Source: Myxococcales bacterium
GTDB taxonomy: Bacteria; Myxococcota_A; Polyangia; Polyangiales; Polyangiaceae
DNA: 38,705 bases
NCBI GenBank assembly: GCA_043747615.1
Contig: JAYTOU010000102.1
Location: 1-38,705, forward strand
Reading direction: 5' to 3'
In this document: piece by piece, positions 1 to 9,076 of the stretch
How the letters are laid out: each line of letters starts with the position of its first letter
How positions within the stretch are numbered: the stretch's first letter is position 1
Notes under the pieces: model-generated
What the model was told of the DNA's origin: nothing
Database searches by the model: none
The model's input: the letters and a program-made list of their open reading frames with translations, nothing else
Position numbers and translations under genes: made by a program

Positions 1-575
1 ACACCAAGCGACCGCTCGTAACTGCACCGCACGTCCCGGATGGTGCGCTGAAGCCGGCGAACGACCTCGATGTTGTGGGCCCAAACGTTCGGCGCGGCAT
101 CGACGGTGATGTCGACGTAGTCGTAATGGCCGGCAAAATCGCCGAGCAACGTTTCGATGAGAATGTCCGGACGGAGCTCGCGCAGGCGGGTCACCGTCTT
201 GGCCACGTGAGAGGCGCCGCCGTCGAGGAGATCATCGCGGTCCACCATGGTCATGACCACGTACTGGAGCTCGAGCTTCGAGATCGCGCGCGCCACATGC
301 TCGGGCTCGCGCACGTCGACGGCTCCGCGTGGATCGCCGGTGGTTACCGCGCAGAATCGGCACCCGCGCGTGCACACGTCCCCGAGGAGCATCACCGTCG
401 CCGTGCCCTCCGACCAGCACTCGCCGATGTTCGGGCAGCGAGCCTCCTCGCAGACGGTGTGCAGATCGAGGGCTCGAAACGTCTCTTTTAACCGCGTGTA
501 CGACTCACCGCCCGGCGCGCGTACTTTCAGCCACGACGGCTTGGGAGCGAAGCGCGATGAGGGCGGCGAATCCAA
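1..575 (-). CDS. lipA: Lipoyl synthase, N-terminal part (runs off the window start)
   Basis: Manual translation (absent from the ORF track): KPSWLKVRAPGG..TVCEEARCPNIGECW..TATVMLLGDVCTRGCRFCAV..NVWAHNIEVVRRL, with the LipA CX4CX5C and CX3CX2C motifs. An in-frame stop at 615-617 limits the start; TTG at 575 is the likeliest start, CTG at 605 an alternative. Confidence 0.95.
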   Translation of the reverse strand, partial: MDSPPSSRFAPKPSWLKVRAPGGESYTRLKETFRALDLHTVCEEARCPNIGECWSEGTATVMLLGDVCTRGCRFCAVTTGDPRGAVDVREPEHVARAISKLELQYVVMTMVDRDDLLDGGASHVAKTVTRLRELRPDILIETLLGDFAGHYDYVDITVDAAPNVWAHNIEVVRRLQRTIRDVRCSYERSLG

Positions 576-614
576 AACAGCTGGAACGTAGTGTCCACCT
601 GCCAGCGGGTCAAA

Positions 615-1562
615 TCACTTGGGTGGCGCGAGCGGAGCGCAGGTGGAGACGCCGGCGCCTACGATGCGGAAGCCGATCTGCGATTTGACGACGCCGATGG
701 AGTTGTCGCTCGACGCTTTTTGACGGGTGACGTCCGTCATCTGCCCCGAGGCCGCGGTGTAGTACCAGAAGTCGCCGCCCCAGAAAGAGAAGGCCCATGC
801 CGTCCCGGTGTTGACGCCGCTCAGCGTCTTTTGGTCTGCCATCGGCGTCGCCGCACTGCCCTTGTCGATCGCGGAGAGCGTGGCGGGTGACGACGTGAAA
901 AATCCGTAAAGGTTCCCCGCACCGCTGCCGGTGAGCTCCGCGCCCTGCATCGCCAGACCATCGGTGAAGTCGCCGATCGGCGAGAGCTTCAGCGTGCCGA
1001 GATCGATCTTCGCGAGGCCTTGACCGGTGACCCCGAGCAGCGAGTCTTGAATTCCCACGACGAAGAGCGTCTCGTCCTTCGAGCCGGCGGAGTTCGATGA
1101 GAAGCCCATTCCGAATTTCATGAAGTTGCTCTGAAGCGGCTGAAACGACGTGCCCGTGCAGCTCGCGTCGCTGGTGCTCACTTTGAAGAGCTTGCCGCTG
1201 TCGAAGTTGACCCACGCCGTTCCGCTGCGATCGACGGCCATCGAGTTCGGTTGCGCAGTCATGCCCTGGGCGTTCATCCCTGGCGCGGGGCAGTTGAGCG
1301 TGCCGATCTGTTTGAAGAGGAGATCCTTCGGGTAGAAGCTGTAGAGAACGTTCGTCTGGGTGATGACATAGACGAGCTTCGCCGCTTCGGAGCAGTCTGT
1401 GTTGCCTCCGCCTCCGCCGCCCCGTCCTGTGTCGGCGAACGTTCCGCCGCCGCCGTCCCCGACCGTGTCGCCTCCGTCGCCCGCGCCGTCAGGGAAGCCG
1501 GATATCTTGGAGCCGCCACACGCGACGAGCGTGAAGCCAAGGGTTACGAAGAGCTTTCGCAC
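615..1562 (-). CDS. Myxobacterial-type secreted lipoprotein: Gly-rich linker followed by a beta-rich (propeller-like) domain
   Basis: ORF 615..1577; probable GTG start at 1562 (VRKLFVTLGFTLVAC, lipobox). DGGGG linker and C-terminal GAGVSTCAP. Confidence 0.75.
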   Translation of the reverse strand: MRKLFVTLGFTLVACGGSKISGFPDGAGDGGDTVGDGGGGTFADTGRGGGGGGNTDCSEAAKLVYVITQTNVLYSFYPKDLLFKQIGTLNCPAPGMNAQGMTAQPNSMAVDRSGTAWVNFDSGKLFKVSTSDASCTGTSFQPLQSNFMKFGMGFSSNSAGSKDETLFVVGIQDSLLGVTGQGLAKIDLGTLKLSPIGDFTDGLAMQGAELTGSGAGNLYGFFTSSPATLSAIDKGSAATPMADQKTLSGVNTGTAWAFSFWGGDFWYYTAASGQMTDVTRQKASSDNSIGVVKSQIGFRIVGAGVSTCAPLAPPK

Positions 1563-1595
1563 GGTCGACCTCCACAAGACGAGTCTGAGTTGAGA

Positions 1596-2711
1596 CTAGC
1601 ACAAGGCTACCAGGCTCGCCTCGGACACCGGCGAGATCGTTCCGCGTTCCGTGTAGATTGCACGCACCAGCTTCGCCGGAGTTACGTCGAAGGCCGGATT
1701 TTGGGCGCCGACACCCACCGGAGCGGTGGGGACCAAGGTGTCGCCGACGGGGAAATGCGTGACTTCTTGCTCGCTCCGTTGTTCGATCGGAATGCTCGCC
1801 CCCGTCGGGCACGAGAGATCCACCGTGCTCCAAGGCGCGGCCACGTCGAACGGAACGCCGTGCATGTGGGCAAGGCAAGCGACTCCGTAGGTACCGATTT
1901 TGTTGGCGACGTCCCCGGAGCGAGCAATGCGATCGGCACCGACGACCACCATGTCGACGCCCTTGCGCGCAAAGAGCTGAGCGACCATCGAGTCCGTAAT
2001 TAACTGCACGGGGATGCCGTCTTTCGATAGCTCCCACGCCGTGAGGCGCGCGCCCTGGAGGAGGGGCCTCGTCTCGCAGGCGATGACCTTCACGTGCTTT
2101 CCGGCGTCGCGCGCGGCGCGAATGACGCCGAGGGCGGAGCCGTAGCCGCCGGTCGCGAGCGCGCCCGCGTTGCAATGCGTGAGGATCGTCATCCCATCTT
2201 TCACGTTCGCTGCGCCGAGCTCTCCCATGCGGCGACACGCGGCAACGTCGTCGGCGTGGATTGCGCGCGCTTCGGCGGCGAGACGCGCGACGCGATCTAT
2301 GGGCGAAAGGTCGGCCACCTCGACCACCCGCGTGCGCATTCGTTCGAGCGCCCACGCGAGGTTCACTGCCGTCGGGCGCGTTCGCCGGAGCATGCCGTCG
2401 CATAGCTGCATGGCGTCCAAAAACTCGGCCTTCCCTCCGGTCGCAGCGCCGGCACCAAGCACGAGGCCGTAGGCGACGGCAATTCCAATGGCGGGCGCGC
2501 CGCGAACCATGAGCGTCGAGACGGCGTCGGCGATCTGCTCCACCCGACTGAAGAACTCATAGCGCTCGACGCCCGGAAGCTTGCGTTGATCGAGGAGGAC
2601 GACGGCGCGATCACCGGGCATGAGCTCGACCGCGGAGTAGCTCGCTCCGCTGAGCGGTTCGGGATGTGGATGCGCACGCCCGGTCTTCAGCGTGGGAATG
2701 GGCCCGCTCAC
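1596..2711 (-). CDS. mtnA: S-methyl-5-thioribose-1-phosphate isomerase
   Basis: LLDQRKLP, MVRGAPAIG, RPTAVNL, LTHCNAGALATGGYG, ETRPLLQGARLTAWEL, GADRIA, ANKIGTY, NPAFDVTP. Confidence 0.97.
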   Translation of the reverse strand: MSGPIPTLKTGRAHPHPEPLSGASYSAVELMPGDRAVVLLDQRKLPGVERYEFFSRVEQIADAVSTLMVRGAPAIGIAVAYGLVLGAGAATGGKAEFLDAMQLCDGMLRRTRPTAVNLAWALERMRTRVVEVADLSPIDRVARLAAEARAIHADDVAACRRMGELGAANVKDGMTILTHCNAGALATGGYGSALGVIRAARDAGKHVKVIACETRPLLQGARLTAWELSKDGIPVQLITDSMVAQLFARKGVDMVVVGADRIARSGDVANKIGTYGVACLAHMHGVPFDVAAPWSTVDLSCPTGASIPIEQRSEQEVTHFPVGDTLVPTAPVGVGAQNPAFDVTPAKLVRAIYTERGTISPVSEASLVALC

Positions 2712-2756
2712 GTGTCCTCGGTGTTCATGACGCCCGCGATCCTGCCAGATGGGGCT

Positions 2757-3578
2757 TCAGGGCGCGAGAGCCGCGCGTTGTTTGGCGACATTTGCTCGGG
2801 GGGCACCGAGCGATTCGGCGCGATCGAGCGCGCGACGCGCCTCCTCACGGCGACCGAGCTTGGCGAGTGCCCAGGCCCGCCCGAGCTCCGCGGGAGCGAA
2901 GTCCGGAAGACGCGCGATGAGCGCATCGTAGGCCACGAGGGCCGCCGCACCGTCGTCTTTCATCACGGCCACTGTCGCCAGCCCGAGAACGTTCTCGGTC
3001 CCCTTGGGATCGGCCGCGACGCCCGCGCGGTAGGCCTCCGTCGCGCCTTCGAAATCGTGCTGGTGCAACCGAACGAGCCCGAGCGCATGCCAGGTTTCGG
3101 GGTCGCGTGCCCCTCGCGTCACCGCCTCTTCGAGACGCGGGCGGGCCTCATCGACCTCCCCCCACCGAGCGCAGCGCATGCCTCCTTCACGCGGTCCGAT
3201 GGGTGACTTCGGGGCCACTTTCGCCGCCTCGTCGTATGCCGCGAGCGCCTCTTCGAAGCGATGCGTGAGCTCGTACGCGTGGCCGAGCTCCACCCACGGA
3301 GAGGGATCGCCCTCGGGGACGCGGCGCTGAAGCTCCCCGACCTCCACCCGCGCTTGGGTGAGATCTCCCGTCACCGCGAGGACCCGGATCAACATGCGGC
3401 GCGCCGCGAGATCATCCGGATGCGTCGCGAGATTTTCCCGCAGCACCTTGATGGCTTCTTCTTCGCGATGACCACGGGTGAGGGACGACGCCCGAGCAGT
3501 GGCAGAGGGCGGCGTGCAGCCCGCGACGGCAAGAGAGCCGAGCGCCATCGCAACGAGAAGTCTGACGTGGTAGTGCAC
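2757..3578 (-). CDS. Tetratricopeptide-repeat lipoprotein
   Basis: Lipobox LAVAGC; repeated TPR-like helices (WVELGHAY..FEEALAAY, WHALGLV, ELGRAWALAKLGRREEA). Confidence 0.85.
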   Translation of the reverse strand: MHYHVRLLVAMALGSLAVAGCTPPSATARASSLTRGHREEEAIKVLRENLATHPDDLAARRMLIRVLAVTGDLTQARVEVGELQRRVPEGDPSPWVELGHAYELTHRFEEALAAYDEAAKVAPKSPIGPREGGMRCARWGEVDEARPRLEEAVTRGARDPETWHALGLVRLHQHDFEGATEAYRAGVAADPKGTENVLGLATVAVMKDDGAAALVAYDALIARLPDFAPAELGRAWALAKLGRREEARRALDRAESLGAPRANVAKQRAALAP

Positions 3579-3656
3579 CGCGCATCGTTTCTAACCGACC
3601 TTCGGGAGAATGTGTCGCGCGATACACGTCACGCGACCAAGCAAGGAGCCTTAGCG

Positions 3657-4544
3657 ATGTCAGAGATTCGAGTGATCGGCGTCCTCGGGGCCGGACAGAT
3701 GGGCGGAGGAATCGCACAGGTATCGGCGACCGCGGGCTTCGAGGTGCGCCTCGCAGACGCCTCGCTCGAGCTTGCCCAGAAGGGGCGCGCGAAGATCGAC
3801 GCAATCCTCGGCCGGCAGGTCGAAAAGGGAAAGCTGACCGCAGAAGCCAAGAACGAGATCGTAGGCCGCATCACTCCGATCGCCAGCACGGCCGAGTTTC
3901 GCGACTGCGATCTGGTGATCGAAGCGGCCACCGAAAACCTCGAGCTCAAGCTGACCCTCTTTCGAGCGTGCGATCAGGCCATCCGCCCGGAGGCCTACCT
4001 GGCGACGAACACATCGTCGATCTCGGTGACCAAGCTCGCCAGCGTCTCCGCCCATCCGGAGCGGGTCATCGGAATGCACTTCATGAATCCGCCGCCGCTG
4101 ATGAAGCTCATTGAAGTCGTGCGCGCGGTCCAGACCTCGGACGCCACCTACGCGGTCACCGTTGCCACCGCCGAGAAGATGGGAAAGACGGTCATCACCA
4201 GCCGCGACGCGCCCGGCTTTCTCGTCAACCGCATGCTCATTCCTATGTTGAACGAGGCTTGTTTTGCACTGCAGGAGGGCCTCGGTAGCGCGGCCGACAT
4301 CGACACCGGAGCGAAGCTCGGACTGAACCACCCGATGGGCCCGCTCGAGCTCGCCGATCTCATCGGGCTCGATACGGTGCTCTTCATTTCTCAGGTGCTG
4401 CAGCGCGATTTCGGCGACGACAAGTACCGCCCGCCGACCATCCTCCGCAATCTGGTGGCCGCCGGCTGGCTCGGAAAAAAATCGGGACACGGCTTCTACG
4501 TCTATGACGACAAGGGCCAGAAGACCGGCCAAACGCAGTTCTAG
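3657..4544 (+). CDS. hbd: 3-hydroxybutyryl-CoA (3-hydroxyacyl-CoA) dehydrogenase
   Basis: ATG at 3657 after an AAGGAG SD; GAGQMGGGIA Rossmann motif, IEAATE, TNTSS, GMHFMNP, PGFLVNR, HPMGPL. Confidence 0.95.
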   Translation: MSEIRVIGVLGAGQMGGGIAQVSATAGFEVRLADASLELAQKGRAKIDAILGRQVEKGKLTAEAKNEIVGRITPIASTAEFRDCDLVIEAATENLELKLTLFRACDQAIRPEAYLATNTSSISVTKLASVSAHPERVIGMHFMNPPPLMKLIEVVRAVQTSDATYAVTVATAEKMGKTVITSRDAPGFLVNRMLIPMLNEACFALQEGLGSAADIDTGAKLGLNHPMGPLELADLIGLDTVLFISQVLQRDFGDDKYRPPTILRNLVAAGWLGKKSGHGFYVYDDKGQKTGQTQF

Positions 4545-4559
4545 TTCTTAGGAGCATGC

Positions 4560-5336
4560 ATGGAATCTCTTCTCGTCGAGCGGCAGGGTTCGATCGTCAC
4601 GCTGACCATCTCTCGTCCGGAGAAGTTGAACGCTCTCAACGCGGACGTCCTCGCGCGTCTCGGTAACGCGCTCGCGGAGCTCGAACGCGAGCCCGACGTG
4701 CGCGTGGCGATCCTCACCGGCGCGGGAGACAAAGCGTTCGTCGCCGGCGCCGACATTGCGGCAATGGCGGAGATGACGGCGGCGCAGGCCAAGGCGTTCT
4801 CCGACCTCGGGCACGCGGTCTTCGCGCGCCTTGAAACGGCTCACTTTCCGGTGATCGGCGCGGTCCAAGGCTTCGCGCTCGGCGGCGGATGCGAGCTCGC
4901 CCTCGCCTGCGATTTTTTATACGCGAGCGAGAAGGCAAAGTTCGGACAGCCCGAGGTTAGCCTCGGCGTCATTCCCGGATTCGGCGGAACGCAGCGCCTC
5001 GCCAGGAGGGTCGGCATCGCGCGCGCTCGCGAGCTCTGCTTCACGGGGGACTTGATCGCCGCCGACGACGCACTCCGCATGGGCCTCGTGAACGTCGTCG
5101 TCCCCCACGCCGATCTCATGACCAAGGTGCGCGCCGTCGCTGAAAAAATCGCGAGCAAGGGGCCCCTGGCTATCGCGCAGTGCAAGCGCGTTCTCCTCCG
5201 CGGAGCAGACGTACCGCTCACGACGGCGAACGAGCTCGAAGCACAGGCCTTTGCCTCGCTCTTCGGCTCGCTCGATCAAAAAGAAGGCATGGCCGCTTTC
5301 ATCCAGAAGCGGCCCGCCAAGTTCACCGCGAGTTGA
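4560..5336 (+). CDS. crt: Enoyl-CoA hydratase (crotonase)
   Basis: RPEKLNALN, AFVAGADI, GFALGGGCELALACD, FGQPEVSLGVIPGFGGTQRL; follows hbd; AGGAG SD. Confidence 0.93.
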   Translation: MESLLVERQGSIVTLTISRPEKLNALNADVLARLGNALAELEREPDVRVAILTGAGDKAFVAGADIAAMAEMTAAQAKAFSDLGHAVFARLETAHFPVIGAVQGFALGGGCELALACDFLYASEKAKFGQPEVSLGVIPGFGGTQRLARRVGIARARELCFTGDLIAADDALRMGLVNVVVPHADLMTKVRAVAEKIASKGPLAIAQCKRVLLRGADVPLTTANELEAQAFASLFGSLDQKEGMAAFIQKRPAKFTAS

Positions 5337-5337
5337 C

Positions 5338-5589
5338 CTAGAGAAAGTGGATGAACATCGGGGTCACCTCGACTGCGATCGCGACGGCGAGGGCCGCCGT
5401 GCCGTGAAATTCAAGCGATGCGTGGCGCTTCGGGCAGCCGTTCCTCAGCGATGCACGCGCGCTGCTGAGCGTGGTCAACCAGCCGAAAGCAGCGGTCAGG
5501 ATGGTCACCGTGTAAATCTCGAACAGATCGAGCGCGCCGAGGGGAGCGTCATGGCCGGGCGAGAGCGGAACGTAGCGGGGGCGGTTCAT
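5338..5589 (-). CDS. Small hypothetical membrane protein (83 aa, two hydrophobic segments)
   Basis: Fills the gap exactly; ATG 4 nt after the stop of the upstream minus-strand gene; hydrophobic stretches IYTVTILTAAFGWL and AALAVAIAVEVTPMFIHFL. Confidence 0.55.
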   Translation of the reverse strand: MNRPRYVPLSPGHDAPLGALDLFEIYTVTILTAAFGWLTTLSSARASLRNGCPKRHASLEFHGTAALAVAIAVEVTPMFIHFL

Positions 5590-5593
5590 GACA

Positions 5594-6169
5594 TCACCGT
5601 CCCAAGTTCTGCTTGAAGGTTTCGATCAGGTGATGCGCCGCTTCGCGGACCACCGGCGCGGCGACGCGTACATCGTGAATCGCTTTCGGCACCTCTTTGC
5701 TGAGTGCAGCCGTTTGCCGGACGAAGTCGACCTCGGCGAGCAGGAAGGACGCGGCGCCAACCGGCGTGAGCTCCACCTGTGCGGTGCCTAGTGCAGCGAC
5801 CATCGTCTCGGCCCCTTTGACCATCGTGAGCACGTCTTTGGAGGCGCGCGCCGCCGTGAAGATCATTGCGCCACCCGACATGAGAGCTGGCGCAGCGACG
5901 GTCTTTGCGGCCGCGAGATCCTTCTTCACCGAGGGATCCTTCATCGTGGCCGACGCGGCGTGCATGGTCTTCGCCGTCTCGGAGGCCACCGTGAATGCTG
6001 GCTTGAGAAGGGCGAGCTTCGCGTAGTCGACGTGCGCGAACGCGGCGTGGGGGGGCTCTTTGGCTACCGGCTTCTCCGTTTTCACGGAGTGGTCTTTCGA
6101 CTTGGTATCGATTCCGAGGGAGTGGGCGTCATCTGCAAATCTGGCCTTCAACTTTTCACCGATGTTCAT
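5594..6169 (-). CDS. Hypothetical Ala/Lys-rich helical protein (191 aa)
   Basis: Strong SD (GCAGGAGG) before ATG at 6169 (MNIGEKLKARF...); no family recognised. Confidence 0.7.
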   Translation of the reverse strand: MNIGEKLKARFADDAHSLGIDTKSKDHSVKTEKPVAKEPPHAAFAHVDYAKLALLKPAFTVASETAKTMHAASATMKDPSVKKDLAAAKTVAAPALMSGGAMIFTAARASKDVLTMVKGAETMVAALGTAQVELTPVGAASFLLAEVDFVRQTAALSKEVPKAIHDVRVAAPVVREAAHHLIETFKQNLGR

Positions 6170-6228
6170 AGGCGAGCCTCCTGCCCTCCTGTCGTCGGAT
6201 GGCCTCGCACGGTTGTGCGAAATCGTGC

Positions 6229-6244
6229 TGGCCCGGCACTTGCT
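6229..6244 (+). promoter_or_regulatory. Putative sigma-54 (-24/-12) promoter upstream of the NtrC-family gene
   Basis: TGGCCCGGCACTTGCT: GG(6230-31)-N10-GC(6242-43), close to the TGGCACG-N4-TTGCW consensus. Confidence 0.6.
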
Positions 6245-6374
6245 CCGGCCTGTTGAAGAGCGAGGCAGTCCCATGGCAGAAACCAGTCGAAGTGGTATTT
6301 GTCGCGGCATCGTCAAACATTCCGCGACACCTTCTTTCCAGCCGGGGCGTGATGTCTCGGTCGTGCGGGGCACA

Positions 6375-7832
6375 GTGACCGAAGCGGAAACCCATAGCGA
6401 CACCAAGACCTACGGCCACATCCTGGTTCTCGAAGACGACGATACCCTCGCCGATCTCCTGGCCCGCGTCCTTCGCGCAGAGGGCTACAAAGTCGACCTC
6501 CTCGACAACGCCAAGGATTTGCCAGGAGCCGCGAAGCTCAACGAGTACGACCTCGTGCTCTCCGACATTCATCTCGCAGAAGACACGAACGGGCGCGACG
6601 TCTTGAAGCACGTGCGCGAGCGGGCGAAGACGGTCCCCGTCATCTTGATGACCGCCTATGCAGACGTCGAAGGCGCGATGAGCGCCGTCAGCGAAGGCGC
6701 GTACGAGTACCTACCGAAGCCGATCGAGCCGCTGCTCTTGAAGCGGATGGTCTCGGAGGCCGTGGCGCGAAAGCGTCTGGCGGGCTCGACCCCCGACGTC
6801 GTCGACGCGCGGGCAACGGCGGCCAGCGAAGCACAAATCGTGGGCTCCGCTCCCTCGATGATCAACGTGTACAAAATCGTCGCACAGGTCGCACCGACGA
6901 CGGCGACCGTGCTCATCATTGGGGAGAGCGGTACCGGCAAAGAGCTCGTTGCTCGCTCGATCCACGCGAAATCTCCGCGCGCGACCAAGCCGTTCGTAGC
7001 GGTGAACTGCGCCGCGCTCCCGGAGTCGATCCTCGAGAGCGAGCTCTTTGGACACGAGCGAGGGTCTTTCACGGGGGCCACGGCGACCAAGCGCGGCCTC
7101 TTCGAAGAGGCAAACGGGGGAACGCTCCTTCTCGATGAGATCGGAGAAATTTCCCCGAAGATGCAGGTCCAGCTGCTTCGCGTCCTGCAGGAAGGAGAGA
7201 TTCGCCGCGTCGGCGCCTCCGAAATCATCAAGGTCGACGTGCGCGTCGTTGCGGCGACGAACCGCGATCTGAAGGCAGAGGTCGTGGCGGGAAGGTTCCG
7301 TGAGGATCTCTTCTTCCGCCTGCAGGTGGTGACGGTGCGCGTGCCTCCGCTCAGCGAGCGCCGTGGGGACATTGCGCTTCTCGTACGTCACTTTCTCACG
7401 AGGCACGCAGCACGCCTCGGCAAACCCGTCCCGCGCGTGGCGCCGGAAGTGCTCGACGCACTGAATGCCTACGACTTTCCAGGGAACGTGCGCGAGCTCG
7501 CCCACGCTGTCGAGCGGGCAACCCTTCTCGCGCGCGAAGGCGTCATCACCGCCGCCGATCTCCCTCCCGAGATCGCGATCTCCTGGCAAGCGCACACCAA
7601 CTCGAATCCCGGCAGCCTCGCCGAGGATTGGCCCACGCTCGCCGTCCTCGAGCGCCGCTACATCGATCGCGTCCTGTCGCGCACGGGCGGGAACAAAACG
7701 CGCGCCGCCGACGTTCTTGGAATCGACCGACGCACGCTCAACCGCATGTTCGCCCGCGAGCGCGCGGCGGCCGGCGGAAGAGAGCCCAACGACGCGGAGC
7801 TCGACGCAATGGAAGCCGACGAAGACTCCTGA
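6375..7832 (+). CDS. Sigma-54-dependent response regulator (REC-AAA+-Fis HTH, NtrC/AtoC family)
   Basis: REC (VLEDD, LSDIHL, YLPKP), Walker A GESGTGKE, ESELFGHERGSFTGA, LLLDEIGE, FREDLFFRL, FPGNVREL, HTH GGNKTRAADVLGIDRRTL. GTG 6375 chosen as start; ATG 6273 is an alternative. Confidence 0.95.
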   Translation: MTEAETHSDTKTYGHILVLEDDDTLADLLARVLRAEGYKVDLLDNAKDLPGAAKLNEYDLVLSDIHLAEDTNGRDVLKHVRERAKTVPVILMTAYADVEGAMSAVSEGAYEYLPKPIEPLLLKRMVSEAVARKRLAGSTPDVVDARATAASEAQIVGSAPSMINVYKIVAQVAPTTATVLIIGESGTGKELVARSIHAKSPRATKPFVAVNCAALPESILESELFGHERGSFTGATATKRGLFEEANGGTLLLDEIGEISPKMQVQLLRVLQEGEIRRVGASEIIKVDVRVVAATNRDLKAEVVAGRFREDLFFRLQVVTVRVPPLSERRGDIALLVRHFLTRHAARLGKPVPRVAPEVLDALNAYDFPGNVRELAHAVERATLLAREGVITAADLPPEIAISWQAHTNSNPGSLAEDWPTLAVLERRYIDRVLSRTGGNKTRAADVLGIDRRTLNRMFARERAAAGGREPNDAELDAMEADEDS

Positions 7833-7914
7833 GGGGTGATCCCCGTGTCGCACCGCGCGATACACGCCGGTGACGATCGTTCACGTTTCTCGCTAAATTC
7901 TCGAGAATTCCGCG

Positions 7915-7931
7915 AAGGCACGGGCGTTGCT
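7915..7931 (+). promoter_or_regulatory. Putative sigma-54 (-24/-12) promoter for the two-lipoprotein operon
   Basis: AAGGCACGGGCGTTGCT: GG(7917-18)-N10-GC(7929-30), GGCACG-N4-TTGCT, about 60 nt upstream of ATG 7990. Confidence 0.75.
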
Positions 7932-7989
7932 CTAGTCTCCCATCGAACGAGGCTTGAAGAATCTGGCTTCGACCCTGGAGAACGACCGA

Positions 7990-8688
7990 ATGGGGACGCG
8001 TAGGTTTCATGTAGCGGTGCTCGTGAGCATCGTTTCCGGCTGCAGTAGCTCCGGTAGCACGCGCACTGGAAATCTCGGGCACGGCACCTTCAACTACAAG
8101 TGCGTCGATCAATCCGACGCCGCCTGCAAGACGGCCACGATCACGACGGGACCGCTTGCTGGGCCCACCGAGTTTCCGGGAGCGATCGCCGAAGGCGCGC
8201 AGTTTCGCATGGCGTATGTGATCAAACCTGGAGACGAAACGCTCGCCGGAAATCCCACGCTCCGCGTCGTGTCGAACGTCTACCTCACCAAGGAATCCGA
8301 CACCTTCACTGCGCTGAAGAGCGGGTTCGGCGCGGTCGTCGCGAAGAGCACCACGACGGGCCAGGTGATTGACTACACGCTCATCAAGATCAACCCGGTC
8401 GGCTCGCTTCGCTTGAGCGATCCCGGTGGAGGCCTGCCGCCGCCCACGGTGACCCTCGCAAGAGGCGTGACCACCGAATACGTGGTGGAGGCGCTGGGCC
8501 TTCACGGAGAGACTCTCGACGGAACCCTCGGTTACAAATGGGATACCTCGGATGCGACCGTCGTCACCTTGCAGATGGGAAATCCGACGGCGCGCATGAA
8601 GGTCCTCGCGAGCAAGGCGGGCACGGCAACGCTGACCGTGACGCTCGGGACGCAGTCCAAACTCCTCTCCATAACGGTGACCCCGTGA
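7990..8688 (+). CDS. Lipoprotein with a C-terminal Ig-like (Big_2-like) domain
   Basis: GGAG SD, ATG 7990, lipobox IVSGC; C-terminal WDTSDATVVTL..KAGTATLTVTLG..LSITVTP resembles bacterial Ig-like domains. Confidence 0.75.
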   Translation: MGTRRFHVAVLVSIVSGCSSSGSTRTGNLGHGTFNYKCVDQSDAACKTATITTGPLAGPTEFPGAIAEGAQFRMAYVIKPGDETLAGNPTLRVVSNVYLTKESDTFTALKSGFGAVVAKSTTTGQVIDYTLIKINPVGSLRLSDPGGGLPPPTVTLARGVTTEYVVEALGLHGETLDGTLGYKWDTSDATVVTLQMGNPTARMKVLASKAGTATLTVTLGTQSKLLSITVTP

Positions 8689-9056
8689 AAACGACCGTTC
8701 TCTTTTTTGCGAACCTCATTCTCCTCGCTTTCGCATCGGGCTGCACCGCGTCGTACGGGCACACCGACATCGACAAGGTCGCCTCGGGCGAAACGGGCGG
8801 CACCGTGTCGTCGCACATGATCACCATCCCCCTCGGCACGGTTGTCACGGCTCACGTCGCGCCCTTCAACACCGACGGAAATCCGATGGAAGGAAGCGTC
8901 GACGTGGATGACGGAAGCATCATCCAGGTCGATCCTACGGTGGACGACAAGCACTATGCCTTCCAGGGAATAAAGCTTGGAAAGACGAGCGTGTCCCTCA
9001 CCGCCGACGGCCTCGTCATCGCCGTCATCCAAGCCGAAGTCGTCCCTCAGCAGTAA
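8685..9056 (+). CDS. Small lipoprotein, Ig-like beta fold (123 aa)
   Basis: GTG start overlapping the upstream TGA (GTGA); MKTTVLFFANLILLAFASGC lipobox; GIKLGKTSVSLTADG. Confidence 0.75.
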   Translation: MKTTVLFFANLILLAFASGCTASYGHTDIDKVASGETGGTVSSHMITIPLGTVVTAHVAPFNTDGNPMEGSVDVDDGSIIQVDPTVDDKHYAFQGIKLGKTSVSLTADGLVIAVIQAEVVPQQ

Positions 9057-9076
9057 CGACGGCGCTCGTCGGGGGT

